Of a stretch of DNA of 47,727 nt, positions 23,956 to 34,941 are shown piece after piece (within the stretch, counting starts at the first letter, position 1; each line of letters starts with the position of its first letter). Origin of the DNA: Octopus bimaculoides (lineage: Eukaryota); the NCBI RefSeq assembly GCF_001194135.2, contig NC_068981.1, forward strand, positions 130,944,928 to 130,992,654, given 5' to 3'. A program made the position numbers and the translations under genes. The notes under the pieces are model-generated. The model was not told the origin of the DNA, did not search any database, and worked only from the letters and a program-made list of their open reading frames with translations.

Positions 23956-23984
23956 ATCGGTAGTTAGGAATACTAACTACCGAT
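23956..23984. other. Perfect 12-bp inverted repeat with 5-nt loop
   Basis: ATCGGTAGTTAG-GAATA-CTAACTACCGAT. Confidence 0.95.
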
Positions 23985-24029
23985 ATATACGTGGTATATC
24001 TGGGATGTCAGTGGCCAATGGCTTTAAGT

Positions 24030-24809
24030 TCATCAGGAGAGTGTACTTCTGGTGGTATTTCCTGTTGATAGACAGGTTGGTAGAGAATGTTTATGTTTTG
24101 TGTACATTCCCTTCAAGTCATTTCCGTCACGTCTGTGTAGCACCTTGTGATGACATCGGACGGCATTAGAGTAGCTCTGTAGTCTACATCTCCTGACTGG
24201 CAGAATCCTCCTACAAAGCAGTTGATGGGCTTTCAACAATTAGAGGATATTTTGGAGGTTGTGCAGGTGCATATTTGCGTCTGTAGTTGCGTGCAGTGTT
24301 AGATGTAATGTTGTAGTTCACCTTGTTAGATGTAATTAAGTAGCTCACCTTGACGTTATCTGGGTGAAAAATTTATAGTACTTATGGCCTATTTGGAAAT
24401 GCTTCTTAATCAAGGACGGGAAGCTTCTAGCTACTTGCTGGAAACTTCTAGGTTACATGGAGGTTTAAATTAGACTGTCTTTCCCTTTCTGGTCCCCTTC
24501 AGGTAAGAGGTGGAGGTTTGACTCTTCCATATATGGTGACTGCTTGGGAAATCCACTCCTCACCAGTGTGTCATTGAAGTGGGGGTGGTCCAGTTGAAGA
24601 TTTTCCTATCGGCTGAAAGATCATATATTTTTCTGCTAACGCCTGTAAATAGGTTTCGAACTACGGCGCGGGGGAAGCGGCGGGATTTGAGCTTCTGTAG
24701 ATGTACACACTTTCCTTTAGGGGGAGTACTTGTCTGTCTTTAGCTCTATGGTCTACGAAGTCGACAGTGGTCAAGTTGGTGGTAACTGGACAGGCCGAAT
24801 TCTTTGAAT

Positions 24810-24810
<1 letters not shown>
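24030..24810 (-). mobile_element. Decayed Penelope-like element (RT thumb, linker, start of C-terminal GIY-YIG)
   Basis: Frameshifted peptides KEFGL..TTNLTTVDFVD; YIYRSSNP; KIFNW..TLVRSGFP; LIKKHF..NVKVSY; NCFVGGFCQSGDVDYRATLMPSDVITRCYTD..GNDLKGMYTKHKHSL. Same family as 36931-37398. Confidence 0.75.
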
Positions 24811-24842
<32 letters not shown>

Positions 24843-25467
24843 AGGCAGGGCATAAATATTGGCCATTACATATTTCTTTATTGTAGTAAATTTGACTTAC
24901 AGTTGTTTCCAGTAGTCGTTATAGGTTCGTTATTGATTGGTTTACTCAAGTCAATAAATCGGTTGATCGGTTGAGAAAAACTGAACACGCTGGAGAATTA
25001 ATGCTACTTTACAATATGGAATGGTGATGAACTATAACCTCGGACCCTGTCACAAGAATACGCAGAGTTCTTTACTAATCTAAACAATATTGTTAGCCTG
25101 GTGTCCCAAAAGAGAGATGATAAACCATTATGCCCGGATTGATAACCCCTCATTAATTTCTCTCTCTCCCCCCTCTCTCTCTCTCTCCCCCCTCTNNNNN
25201 NNNNNNNNNNNNNNNNNNNNNNNNNNNNNNNNNNNNNNNNNNNNNNNNNNNNNNNNNNNNNNNNNNNNNNNNNNNNNNNNNNNNNNNNNNNNNNNNNNNN
25301 NNNNNNNNNNNNNNNNNNNNNNNNNNNNNNNNNNNNNNNNNNNNNNNNNNNNNNNNNNNNNNNNNNNNNNNNNNNNNNNNNNNNNNNNNNNNNNNNNNNN
25401 NNNNNNNNNNNNNNNNNNNNNNNNNNNNNNNNNNNNNNNNNNNNNNNNNNNNNNNNNNNNATATATA

Positions 25468-25826
25468 CACTCATACCTCGGTACTACGGACCTTTCTTTG
25501 ACGGATTTCGGAAGCAGCCGACAAAATCACGGTATATCAGCACCACTTCACCATCCATGATAAGTCTGATTTTAAATTTAAAATGTTGAATTTACTGTAT
25601 TATAGTGTATATTTATAGTGTACAGGTATTTTACACTGTCAGATTGGATAGTGTGCTTGATTAAAAGTACAGTACTGTATTTATTTATCTGTTTTTCGTA
25701 ATGTAATTGTTGATATTAGCCACTCCTAACGCAACCTAACTTTAGTGTCAGTACCTACGGACAATCGGTTTCATCGGACCGATGTCCCTCACCCCACTTT
25801 TAGTCCGTAGTATCGAGGTATGAGTC
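25468..25826. mobile_element. Tc1/mariner-superfamily (Tigger/pogo-like) MITE, 359 bp
   Basis: 24-bp TIRs CACTCATACCTCGGTACTACGGAC and reverse complement GACTCATACCTCGATACTACGGAC (22/24); TA on both sides (25466-67, 25827-28). Confidence 0.9.
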
Positions 25827-25840
25827 TATATCTATATCCA

Positions 25841-25952
<112 letters not shown>

Positions 25953-26401
25953 AAGACAAGACATCAAGTCATATATAGCAATTTTTAATAATAACATATA
26001 TGACTTCAGATGTCTTGCCTTGGTGTTTGTTATCCTTTTTAGCAAATTTATATCCGCTATATCGGAAATCTACAATAGTTCCATTGTTCCATAACTCCTG
26101 TCTCAGTTACGAGCTTGGAACCCTGCAATTTTAGAAGTTAAGCGTGTCTGTGCATTTGTGTATCTATTTAATTACCTGGCTGTCTGTCCTTTTTGTTTCA
26201 GTTAGAGTTTTCGCTTTTCGTATTGTTCGTCATACTTTAACCAAATCCAAATTACAAGTATAAAGGGGTATCTCCTAGAAAGTTGTTCAACATTCTTCAA
26301 AACATGGCGCTGTACTCCGTATTTATATCTGTTAGAAATAACAGCCAAATCTCTCTCAAATCATACTGTGCCGTCTTAAAATGGAAATAACAAGTTGGAT
26401 A

Positions 26402-27727
26402 ATATCATCGATTCAAGTGCTGAACTGGTACTTATTTTATCGACTCCGAGAGGATGACACCCAAATTCGACCTCAGCGGTATTTGAACTCAGAAGGTAAA
26501 GATGGACGAAATACCGCTAAACCCTTTGCCCAGCATGCTAACGATCCTTCGAACTCGCCGCCTTCTCTGTTACAAAATATTGATTTTAAATGTTAGCATA
26601 AGGCCAGCAATTTTGTGGTAGTGGGTAAGTCGATTACATCGACTCCAGTACTCAACTGATACTTATTTTCTTGACCCCGATGAAAGGCAAAGTCGACCAT
26701 GTTGGAATTTGAACTCAGAACGTAAAGACGAACGAAATGCCGCTAAGCATTTCGTCCGGCGTGCTAACGATTATACCAGCTCTCCGCCTTTCTGTCACAA
26801 AACCATTTTTTTCTATAATAGGCAGAAGGCCTGAAATTTTGGGGAAGACCCCAAAATTACATCGATCCCAGTGCTTGAGTGGTACTATTTTATCAAACCC
26901 GATAGGATGGAAGGCAAAGTCATCCTTGGCGGAATTTGAACTTAGAACGTAAAAAAAGACGAAATACCGCTAAGCACTTTGCCTGACGTGCCAAAGAATT
27001 TGCCAGTTCGTCGCCTTCTCTGTTACAAAATGTTGGCTTCACATTATGACACAAGGCCAGCAGTTCCTGGGAGGGGNNNNNNNNNNGATCCTTCGAACTC
27101 GCCGCCTTCTCTGTTACAAAATATTGATTTTAAATGTTAGCATAAGGCCAGCAATTTTGTGGTAGTGGGTAAGTCGATTACATCGACTCCAGTACTCAAC
27201 TGATACTTATTTTCTTGACCCCGATGAAAGGCAAAGTCGACCATGTTGGAATTTGAACTCAGAACGTAAAGACGGACGAAATGCCGCTAAGCATTTTGCC
27301 CGGTGCGCTAATGATTCTGCCAGCTCGCCGCCTTCTGTGTTACAAAATATTCTTCTCTATTATAGAAACAAGACCTGAAATTTTTGGAAAGGTTGCTAGT
27401 CGATTACATCGACCCCAGTGCTTGACTGGTACTATTTTATCAACCGCGAAAGGATGAAAGGCAAAGTTGACCTTGGTGGAATTTGAACTCAGAACATAAT
27501 GACGGATGAAATGTTGCTACGCGTTTCACCCAGCGTGCTATCGATTCTGCCTACTCACTGTCTTCTCTGTTACAAAATATCGGTTTCATATTTGACACAA
27601 GGCCAGAAATTTCGGTATAGGGAGCAAGTTGATTATATCGAATCCAAAGACGGACGAAATGCCGCCAATCATTTTACCTGGCGCGCTAACGAATTTTCCA
27701 GCTCGCTGCCTTTTTCTCTGTTACAAA
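26402..27727 (-). repeat. Head-to-tail array of SINE family A units (period about 226-230 bp)
   Basis: SINE heads end at 26562, 26788, 27015, 27106, 27332, 27562 and 27710, each followed on the + strand by TTCTCTGTTACAAAA or a close variant. Confidence 0.93.
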
Positions 27728-28160
27728 GTAACAATTGTAAAGAGTCAGAGAGTTATTAGTCATAACTGTGTTTTCTCGATTAGTGTTGGCCTAGGGTTAA
27801 CAGCAATACCAGCACACAAAAACAACACTTACTTATGGTGTCTCTCAAACACAACCAAAAATCTGAGAATTGTTGCTGTTGTTTAGCTCTGGGCCAATAC
27901 TGTCTGTATTGATGTATCATCAAAGATATTCACTCTATAAACATCCAACTTGTTTCTTCTTTTTCTTTTTAGAAATAATGTGCTACATTTTACGGTATAT
28001 CTTGATTATGTCCTATTTTTCCTTTTATCAGACTAAGATAAAATTTGAAGAAAATGTGGCAACTAAATCGTACAGGTCAGCTGAACTACATAAAAACTTC
28101 TTCAAAGTCTCTTCTTTTGTGGTGATAAATCTCGTAAGAAAGAACCAGTCCTCTGACACA

Positions 28161-29046
28161 CGAGGTCTGATCAATAAGTGTTCAGACTGTTGCCATAGTA
28201 ATAAAGCTAAAGCACGCAAAGTGAAGCCGCTTGGCAAAGATTGACCTTAAACTCTACTGTGCATGCGCACTAAGTTTCAACGTTCTAGCTCACTTCCGCT
28301 GTTTACAGCAGTGCTTGGAAGGAAGGTGTGTAACGTGTGATCGTCGCACTGACCATGACAAAGAAAGTTGTCATGGTGATACCTGCTCAGAGGCCGACGC
28401 AAAGTTGCAGAAAGTGTACGGACAGGAGTGTATAAGCGGCACACAAGTGTATAAGTGGTTCAGACGTTTCCAAGATGGCCGAAAACATGTTATTGACGAA
28501 CGTTCTGAGAGACCTGCAACCAACAGAACTGAGAAAACCATCGCAGATGTGCATGCAGATGTAACGAAAATCGTCGAATCACCATCCGTGAATTATCAGA
28601 GAATGTGCAGATTAGTTACGGTTCAGTTCAGTCCATTATCACTGAAGATTTGGGTATGAGACGCGTGTCTGCCAAGTTTATGCCAAAACTGCTTTCAGCT
28701 GACCAAAATGATACTCGGGTTTCAGTTGCACAAAATCCCATTGATTGTGTAGAGAACGATGACAACTTTTTGAAAACTTTGCGTAGGCCTCTGAGCAGGT
28801 ATCACCAAGCTTTCGGCAAAATTTGGTGCAGATTCTCTGCTCATCTTTGTCTGGTCAATGCGACGGTCACATGCTACACACGTTCCTTCCAAGCACTGCT
28901 GTAAACAGCGTAAGTGAACTAGAACGTTAAAACTTAGTGCGCATGCATAACGGAGTTCAAGGTCAATCTGTATCAAGCGGTTTCAATCTGCGTGTTTTAG
29001 CTTCGTTACTATGGTAACAGTCCGGATACTTATTGATCAGGTCACG
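28161..29046 (+). mobile_element. Mariner deletion derivative with very long inverted arms (right arm is an inverted copy of the left end)
   Basis: Terminus CGAGGTCTGATCAATAAG versus CTTATTGATCAGGTCACG-TA. Arms 28161-28406 and 28774-29046. Internal transposase N-half: VYGQECISGTQVYKWFRRFQDGR..RSERP..GSVQSIITEDLGMRRVSAKFMPKLLS..NFLKT. Confidence 0.92.
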
Positions 29047-29054
29047 TATATGAT

Positions 29055-29340
29055 AATATATTCTGTAGTGTTACAGTGTTCTTTCTAAGAGGTCGCATAT
29101 TATACCTTCTAAGAAATATCATACATTGTATACTACGAGATATTTTAGTGTGTCTTCTAACAGATATAATATTCTGACCTGTGAGAGTCATCAGGTATTG
29201 TCTTGTAAGAAACATCATATTGTGTCTTCTGACAGATGAAGTAGTCGGCTCTTTAAGAGATGTATACCTCAGTATGTTGTTTATAAGAGAATTTTGCGTC
29301 TTCTAATATAATTCTCTATCCTTAATGGAATGTCATAGCA
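29055..29340. repeat. Decayed ~22-bp satellite (near ATATTGTGTCTTCTAAGAGATAT)
   Basis: Recurrent GTCTTCTAAGA(G/A)ATAT-like units; the same motif reappears at 30555-30720 and 33610-33680. Confidence 0.65.
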
Positions 29341-29348
29341 TCCTCTGA

Positions 29349-29626
29349 GGGTGCTATGTCCTTTCGTCCGACGTCACTCCGTCAAACGTCTTTTCGTCCA
29401 CGTCTATTGGTCCGACATCTTTTTGTCCAGTGATATTTTTGTCCAACGTCAAATTCTAGCAATAAAATTCTCAATGATTATTTTTGATTTTGATGTTCAT
29501 CTTGTTTTCTAAGGTGTTTATTTAAAATTGGACAAAAAAAAAATCATTGGACAAAAAGACGTCGGACCAAAAGACGTGGACGAAGTGATGTAGGACAAAA
29601 CGACATCAGGCGAAAAGTCGGGTCAC
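29349..29626. mobile_element. Foldback/MULE-like MITE with subterminal ~15-bp tandem repeats
   Basis: Inverted arms built of GACGTCTTTTCGTCC-like units (CGTCCACGTCT(A/T)TTGGTCCGAC(A/G)TCTTTTTGTCCA matches on both arms); direct repeat TCCTCTG at 29341-47 and 29628-34. Confidence 0.75.
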
Positions 29627-29694
29627 GTCCTCTGTGACAGATGCCACGACCATTTTGGGCTACGGATCGGTTTCATGACAATTAGTTTTTCCAT

Positions 29695-29718
29695 GGGTTG
29701 GGTGGGCTGGGGGTGGGG
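29695..29718 (+). other. G-quadruplex-forming motif
   Basis: GGGTTGGGTGGGCTGGGGGTGGGG: five G-tracts with 1-2 nt loops. Confidence 0.7.
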
Positions 29719-30451
29719 TCACATGCCTAGCAAAACAATAAAGTGNNNNNNNNNNNNNNNNNNNNNNNNNNNNNNNNNNNNNNNNNNNNNNNNNNNNNNN
29801 NNNNNNNNNNNNNNNNNNNNNNNNNNNNNNNNNNNNNNNNNNNNNNNNNNNNNNNNNNNNNNNNNNNNNNNNNNNNNNNNNNNNNNNNNNNNNNNNNNNN
29901 NNNNNNNNNNNNNNNNNNNNNNNNNNNNNNNNNNNNNNNNNNNNNNNNNNNNNNNNNNNNNNNNNNNNNNNNNNNNNNNNNNNNNNNNNNNNNNNNNNNN
30001 NNNNNNNNNNNNNNNNNNNNNNNNNNNNNNNNNNNNNNNNNNNNNNNNNNNNNNNNNNNNNNNNNNNNNNNNNNNNNNNNNNNNNNNNNNNNNNNNNNNN
30101 NNNNNNNNNNNNNNNNNNNNNNNNNNNNNNNNNNNNNNNNNNNNNNNNNNNNNNNNNNNNNNNNNNNNNNNNNNNNNNNNNNNNNNNNNNNNNNNNNNNN
30201 NNNNNNNNNNNNNNNNNNNNNNNNNNNNNNNNNNNNNNNNNNNNNNNNNNNNNNNNNNNNNNNNNNNNNNNNNNNNNNNNNNNNNNNNNNNNNNNNNNNN
30301 NNNNNNNNNNNNNNNNNNNNNNNNNNNNNNNNNNNNNNNNNNNNNNNNNNNNNNNATATATATATGTAGTGGTGCCCCAATGCCCCAACATGAGCGGAGC
30401 TTTAAAGCTGAAACAAGTAAAAGAGTATATATATATATGTATGTCAATGTA

Positions 30452-30497
<46 letters not shown>

Positions 30498-31529
30498 TAC
30501 GCGCATTTATTCTTTTTGTGCGGTCCGGTACCAAAATACTCACAGCCCGGTACTGCTCGAAGAGATATAATTTGTACTTTAATAGATATCACATTGTTGC
30601 ATCTGAAATATATTAGCTAGTACTCTTTAAAGGATATCATTGTGTTTTGTGAGAAAATACAGTATATATTTTGTCCTTCCGGAAGTATGACGGTATGTTC
30701 TAAGAAATATATTGATTTTATATTGTATTAGCAGGAATCCACATATCTGTGACCTTAAAATTATAGATAATTGAATTTACTCATTATTTTATGGATTTGT
30801 AAAAGGCAAAGCAAATCCCAGCGTGATTTGAACTCAGATTCTAAAAGAACACAACTAAATATTGTAGGTATTTTTGCTTTGAGCTTCGTGAAGAAATAAC
30901 GCTTCTTCTAAACTACCCCCTTTCTAATAAGCTATATTCAGTCTGCTATAATACATCACATTATATTCTGTAATATAGTATTCACTCTATAGTAATATAT
31001 TGTCTTTGTCTTTTTAAGAGGCAGGTGCCGCTTCGATAAGATCAATAACAAAATAGAATTTTGTGGTCTTTTATGACCCATAAATATAAAGTTTTGTCTA
31101 GGTAGAATACACAAGCATTCAGAGAAATGTAATTAGTTGTAGTTTTGTGTTCTTGTCATCGTTTACTTGTCAACAAACTTGCTAGTGACTCGTTAAGTGA
31201 ATTTTCCAACAGCAGCAGATGAGAATCATTTGCAGTGGAAATATGTCGCCTACGAACATTAATCATTGTTCTGTTTTAAGTATTTTTGTGTGTGCAGAGT
31301 GGCCACTGGCGTGTATTTGAATAGAGAAATAAGTGTATATTAATACAAGATAAATTCTTGATTTATTGAAATTATCTGCGCTTTCAGAGAAAATAGGACA
31401 AAATCGTTAAGTGAAAATTGGAACCAGCTCCATAGGAAAGGGTTGATTAATCTTGAGAATGAAGAATGCTCTAAAATTGACTAAAATGAAGACGTTTCTA
31501 CCTTCATAGGCATCATCCACACGGTACTG

Positions 31530-31530
<1 letters not shown>

Positions 31531-31585
<55 letters not shown>

Positions 31586-31614
31586 CATTATTATTATTAT
31601 CATCATCATCATCA
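31531..31614. repeat. (TTA)n/(TCA)n microsatellite
   Basis: Directly visible. Confidence 0.98.
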
Positions 31615-31619
31615 TGTAA

Positions 31620-31811
31620 GGCGGCGAGCTGGATGAAATGCTTAGTGGTATTTCACCCACCGCTACGTTCTGAGTTCAAATTCTGCTGAGGTCGACTTTA
31701 CCTTTCATCCTTTAGGGGTCGATTAAATAAGTGCCAGTTACGCACTAGGGTCGATGTAATTGACTTAATCCCTTCCCCCAAGTTTGAAGCCTTCTGCTTC
31801 CAGTAGAAAGA

Positions 31812-31880
<69 letters not shown>

Positions 31881-31916
31881 GTTGTTGTTGTTATTGTTGT
31901 TGTTGTTATCATTATT
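31620..31916 (+). mobile_element. SINE family A (deletion in head) with long (TTA)n/(TTG)n tail
   Basis: GGCGGCGAGCTGG|ATGAAATGCTTAG..GAGTTCAAATTC..CCTTTCATCCTTTAGGGGTCGAT; body ends near 31812. Confidence 0.9.
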
Positions 31917-31921
31917 ACTAA

Positions 31922-32160
31922 GGCTGTGAGCTGGCAGAATCGTTAGAACACCGGGCAAAATGCTTAGAGGCATTTCGTCCGGCTTTACGTTCTGAGTTCA
32001 AATTCCGCGCCGAGGTCGATTTTGCCTTTCCTCCTTTCAGGGTTAATGAAATAAGTACCAGTTGAGTACTGAGGTCGAAATAATCGGCTTGCACCCTCCC
32101 GCAAAATTTCAAGTCTTGTACTTATAGCAGAAAGGATTATTATTATTATTATTATTATCA
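31922..32160 (+). mobile_element. SINE family A, full length, (TTA)n tail
   Basis: A-box TGGCAGAATCG, B-box GTTCAAATTC, central domain, tail GAAAGG(ATT)n. Confidence 0.92.
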
Positions 32161-32380
32161 TTGAGTGAGAGAGCAGTGCATGCCATCAAAGTGACACTGG
32201 GGTAAAATATACGAAGCCCAGTATATCCATCATGACTACCCGTCTGATAAGGGTATACCAGGCACATGCATCACAATCATGTGTGTGACATAGTGATCTC
32301 ATATCAAGATAAACAGCGCATGACCTCGCAGGTGGGGCCCAGTTAGAATTTTCTTCAGGTCGAGTAGCCCATCCCGCTCA
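32161..32380 (-). mobile_element. 3' part of a SINE-like repeat ending in (TAA)n
   Basis: Minus strand ends GCATGCACTGCTCTCTCACTCAA(TAA)n; recalled as an abundant octopus repeat. Confidence 0.55.
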
Positions 32381-32660
32381 GGGTTCCAACCCAGGCTGCA
32401 GCAACAGAATTCACCTGCAACACCTCGCGGCCCAACATGACTGCCTCGAGGTCCTGGGTACATTCTAGGCCAGTGTCTACTCTCAAGTTGGTAATATGTG
32501 ATGACGTTTTTCCTCTTCTTATATCTCCATGAAGTGGGTTCAACAAGATTAATTTGGATGTCTCCTGTTCAAGGCGGTGCATGCAGTGACCAGATAATTA
32601 GAGCTGTCTTTACCTGAACTACTTCAACTTTGTCTCCAGCAGAACGAGATATTCGTACTA
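32381..32660 (-). mobile_element. RTE-X-like LINE C-terminal fragment
   Basis: LSGHCMHRLEQETSKLILLNPLHGDIRRGK..HITNLRVDTGLE..DLEAVMLGRE resembles the RTE-X C-terminus (AGHC.RH....SKL.LW.P.HG.R.RG....Y...L..DTG). Confidence 0.6.
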
Positions 32661-32944
32661 ATAAAGAAAGGGTGGAATACATTTACGATCAAGGTAATTT
32701 GCGTAAATGAAACGAAAATGAGGCAAAAGAAATAACTCAGAGTGGTCAGTGGTCTGTGTTTAAACAAGACAGACAAACGAGAGTATATTAAACACCATAC
32801 AAGTAAAAATTCATGAGTTACTGAAATTATTATCGCGTCTAAAGTCGGTAAAAGAATCACTACTCCTATTCGTTGTTGTTGTTGTCTGCATTTCTGGAAC
32901 AAACCTGTGATCAAAGTTACTTAAACCCCGTGAACATCTTTTAC

Positions 32945-33048
32945 ATTTTTCAGTCATTAGACTGCTGGAACACCGCCTTGAAGTATTTTTAATCGAATGA
33001 ATCGGCCCGGGACTTATTTTTGTCAAGCCTGGTATTTATCCTATCGGA
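32945..33048 (-). mobile_element. SINE family C, 3' fragment
   Basis: Reverse complement of CCGATAG..TACCAGGCTTGACAAAAATAAGTCC..TTCAAGGCGGTGTTCCAGCA. Confidence 0.7.
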
Positions 33049-33065
33049 AAAATTTGAAATCAAAA

Positions 33066-33272
33066 GCGGCGAGCTGGCCGAGTCATTAACACGCCGGGCA
33101 AAATGCTTAATGGCATTTACATTCTAAGTTCAAATTCTGCACCGAGGCCGACTTTGCTTAATTATCCTTTTGTGGTCGATGATATAAGCTCCAGTTGAAC
33201 ATTGGAGTCGATATAATCGGCTTATCTCCTCCCCGAAAATTTCAGGTCTTGTGCCTATTATAGAAAGGACTA
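33066..33272 (+). mobile_element. SINE family A (diverged)
   Basis: GCGGCGAGCTGGCCGAGTC..GTTCAAATTC..AATTTCAGGTCTTGTGCCTATTATAGAAAGG. Confidence 0.85.
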
Positions 33273-33981
33273 TTTGGTGAGGATGCTGGCAGTTGTCAGT
33301 TTTCTGCTGATTTCTCGAATTCAAGAAATCAGCAGAAAAGTAGTAATTTGTAAGTTAAGGATATAGGTAATTGAATCACCTCCAGTGTACCATTGGTATT
33401 CATTTTATAATTTGAAAAAATGGTATTTATTTCTCGAAAGGTGAAGACAAACCAGAGTAATTTTAACCCAGACCTTCAACGAATGTAGGAAATAGAGCAA
33501 AGTATGATCTGTTACATATAGTTTACGTTTACTCCAGATCAATGCTTCTTATAAATGTAACAGTAGGTTTTCTAAATTATAACGTTTGTGCCATGTGTGC
33601 CTGAAAAAATATATGTTGTCCTCTAGCAAGGCAGAATTATGCGGTCTTTAAGAGATATGTGTCGCAGCAATAGACATATCGCGAAGTAGATGACAAGACA
33701 GAAATCGCAGTAATTTATGACTCATAAGTATTATGTTTTTGCTTTGTAGAATGTGCACATTCTTCCTCAGAAATTTCGTCATGTTTGACTCCATGTTCAT
33801 GCCAACAATAGACTATCAACATGTCCGTAAGTAAATTTTCCAAATAACAGAGGAAAATCATCTGCTGTGGGAAATTTATCGTCTTCTGAAATTAATCATC
33901 TTTCTGTTTTACTCAAGCCACAAACAAATGCATTAAGCAACGGTCATAGACACACACACTACACACTCACACACGCACATA

Positions 33982-34051
<70 letters not shown>

Positions 34052-34941
34052 NNNNNNNNNNNNNNNNNNNNNNNNNNNNNNNNNNNNNNNNNNNNNNNNN
34101 NNNNNNNNNNNNNNNNNNNNNNNNNNNNNNNNNNNNNNNNNNNNNNNNNNNNNNNNNNNNNNNNNNNNNNNNNNNNNNNNNNNNNNNNNNNNNNNNNNNN
34201 NNNNNNNNNNNNNNNNNNNNNNNNNNNNNNNNNNNNNNNNNNNNNNNNNNNNNNNNNNNNNNNNNNNNNNNNNNNNNNNNNNNNNNNNNNNNNNNNNNNN
34301 NNNNNNNNNNNNNNNNNNNNNNNNNNNNNNNNNNNNNNNNNNNNNNNNNNNNNNNNNNNNNNNNNNNNNNNNNNNNNNNNNNNNNNNNNNNNNNNNNNNN
34401 NNNNNNNNNNNNNNNNNNNNNNNNNNNNNNNNNNNNNNNNNNNNNNNNNNNNNNNNNNNNNNNNNNNNNNNNNNNNNNNNNNNNNNNNNNNNNNNNNNNN
34501 NNNNNNNNNNNNNNNNNNNNNNNNNNNNNNNNNNNNNNNNNNNNNNNNNNNNNNNNNNNNNNNNNNNNNNNNNNNNNNNNNNNNNNNNNNNNNNNNNNNN
34601 NNNNNNNNNNNNNNNNNNNNNNNNNNNNNNNNNNNNNNNNNNNNNNNNNNNNNNNNNNNNNNNNNNNNNNNNNNNNNNNNNNNNNNNNNNNNNNNNNNNN
34701 NNNNNNNNNNNNNNNNNNNNNNNNNNNNNNNNNNNNNNNNNNNNNNNNNNNNNNNNNNNNNNNNNNNNNNNNNNNNNNNNNNNNNNNNNNNNNNNNNNNN
34801 NNNNNNNNNNNNNNNNNNNNNNNNNNNNNNNNNNNNNNNNNNNNNNNNNNNNNNNNNNNNNNNNNNNNNNNNNNNNNNNNNNNNNNNNNNNNNNNNNNNN
34901 NNNNNNNNNNNNNNNNNNNNNNNNNNNNNNNNNNNNNNNNN

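Noticed and set aside
26402-27727. CRISPR-like repeat-spacer array
   Set aside because: Eukaryotic DNA; the 'spacers' are homologous SINE bodies and there are no cas genes.
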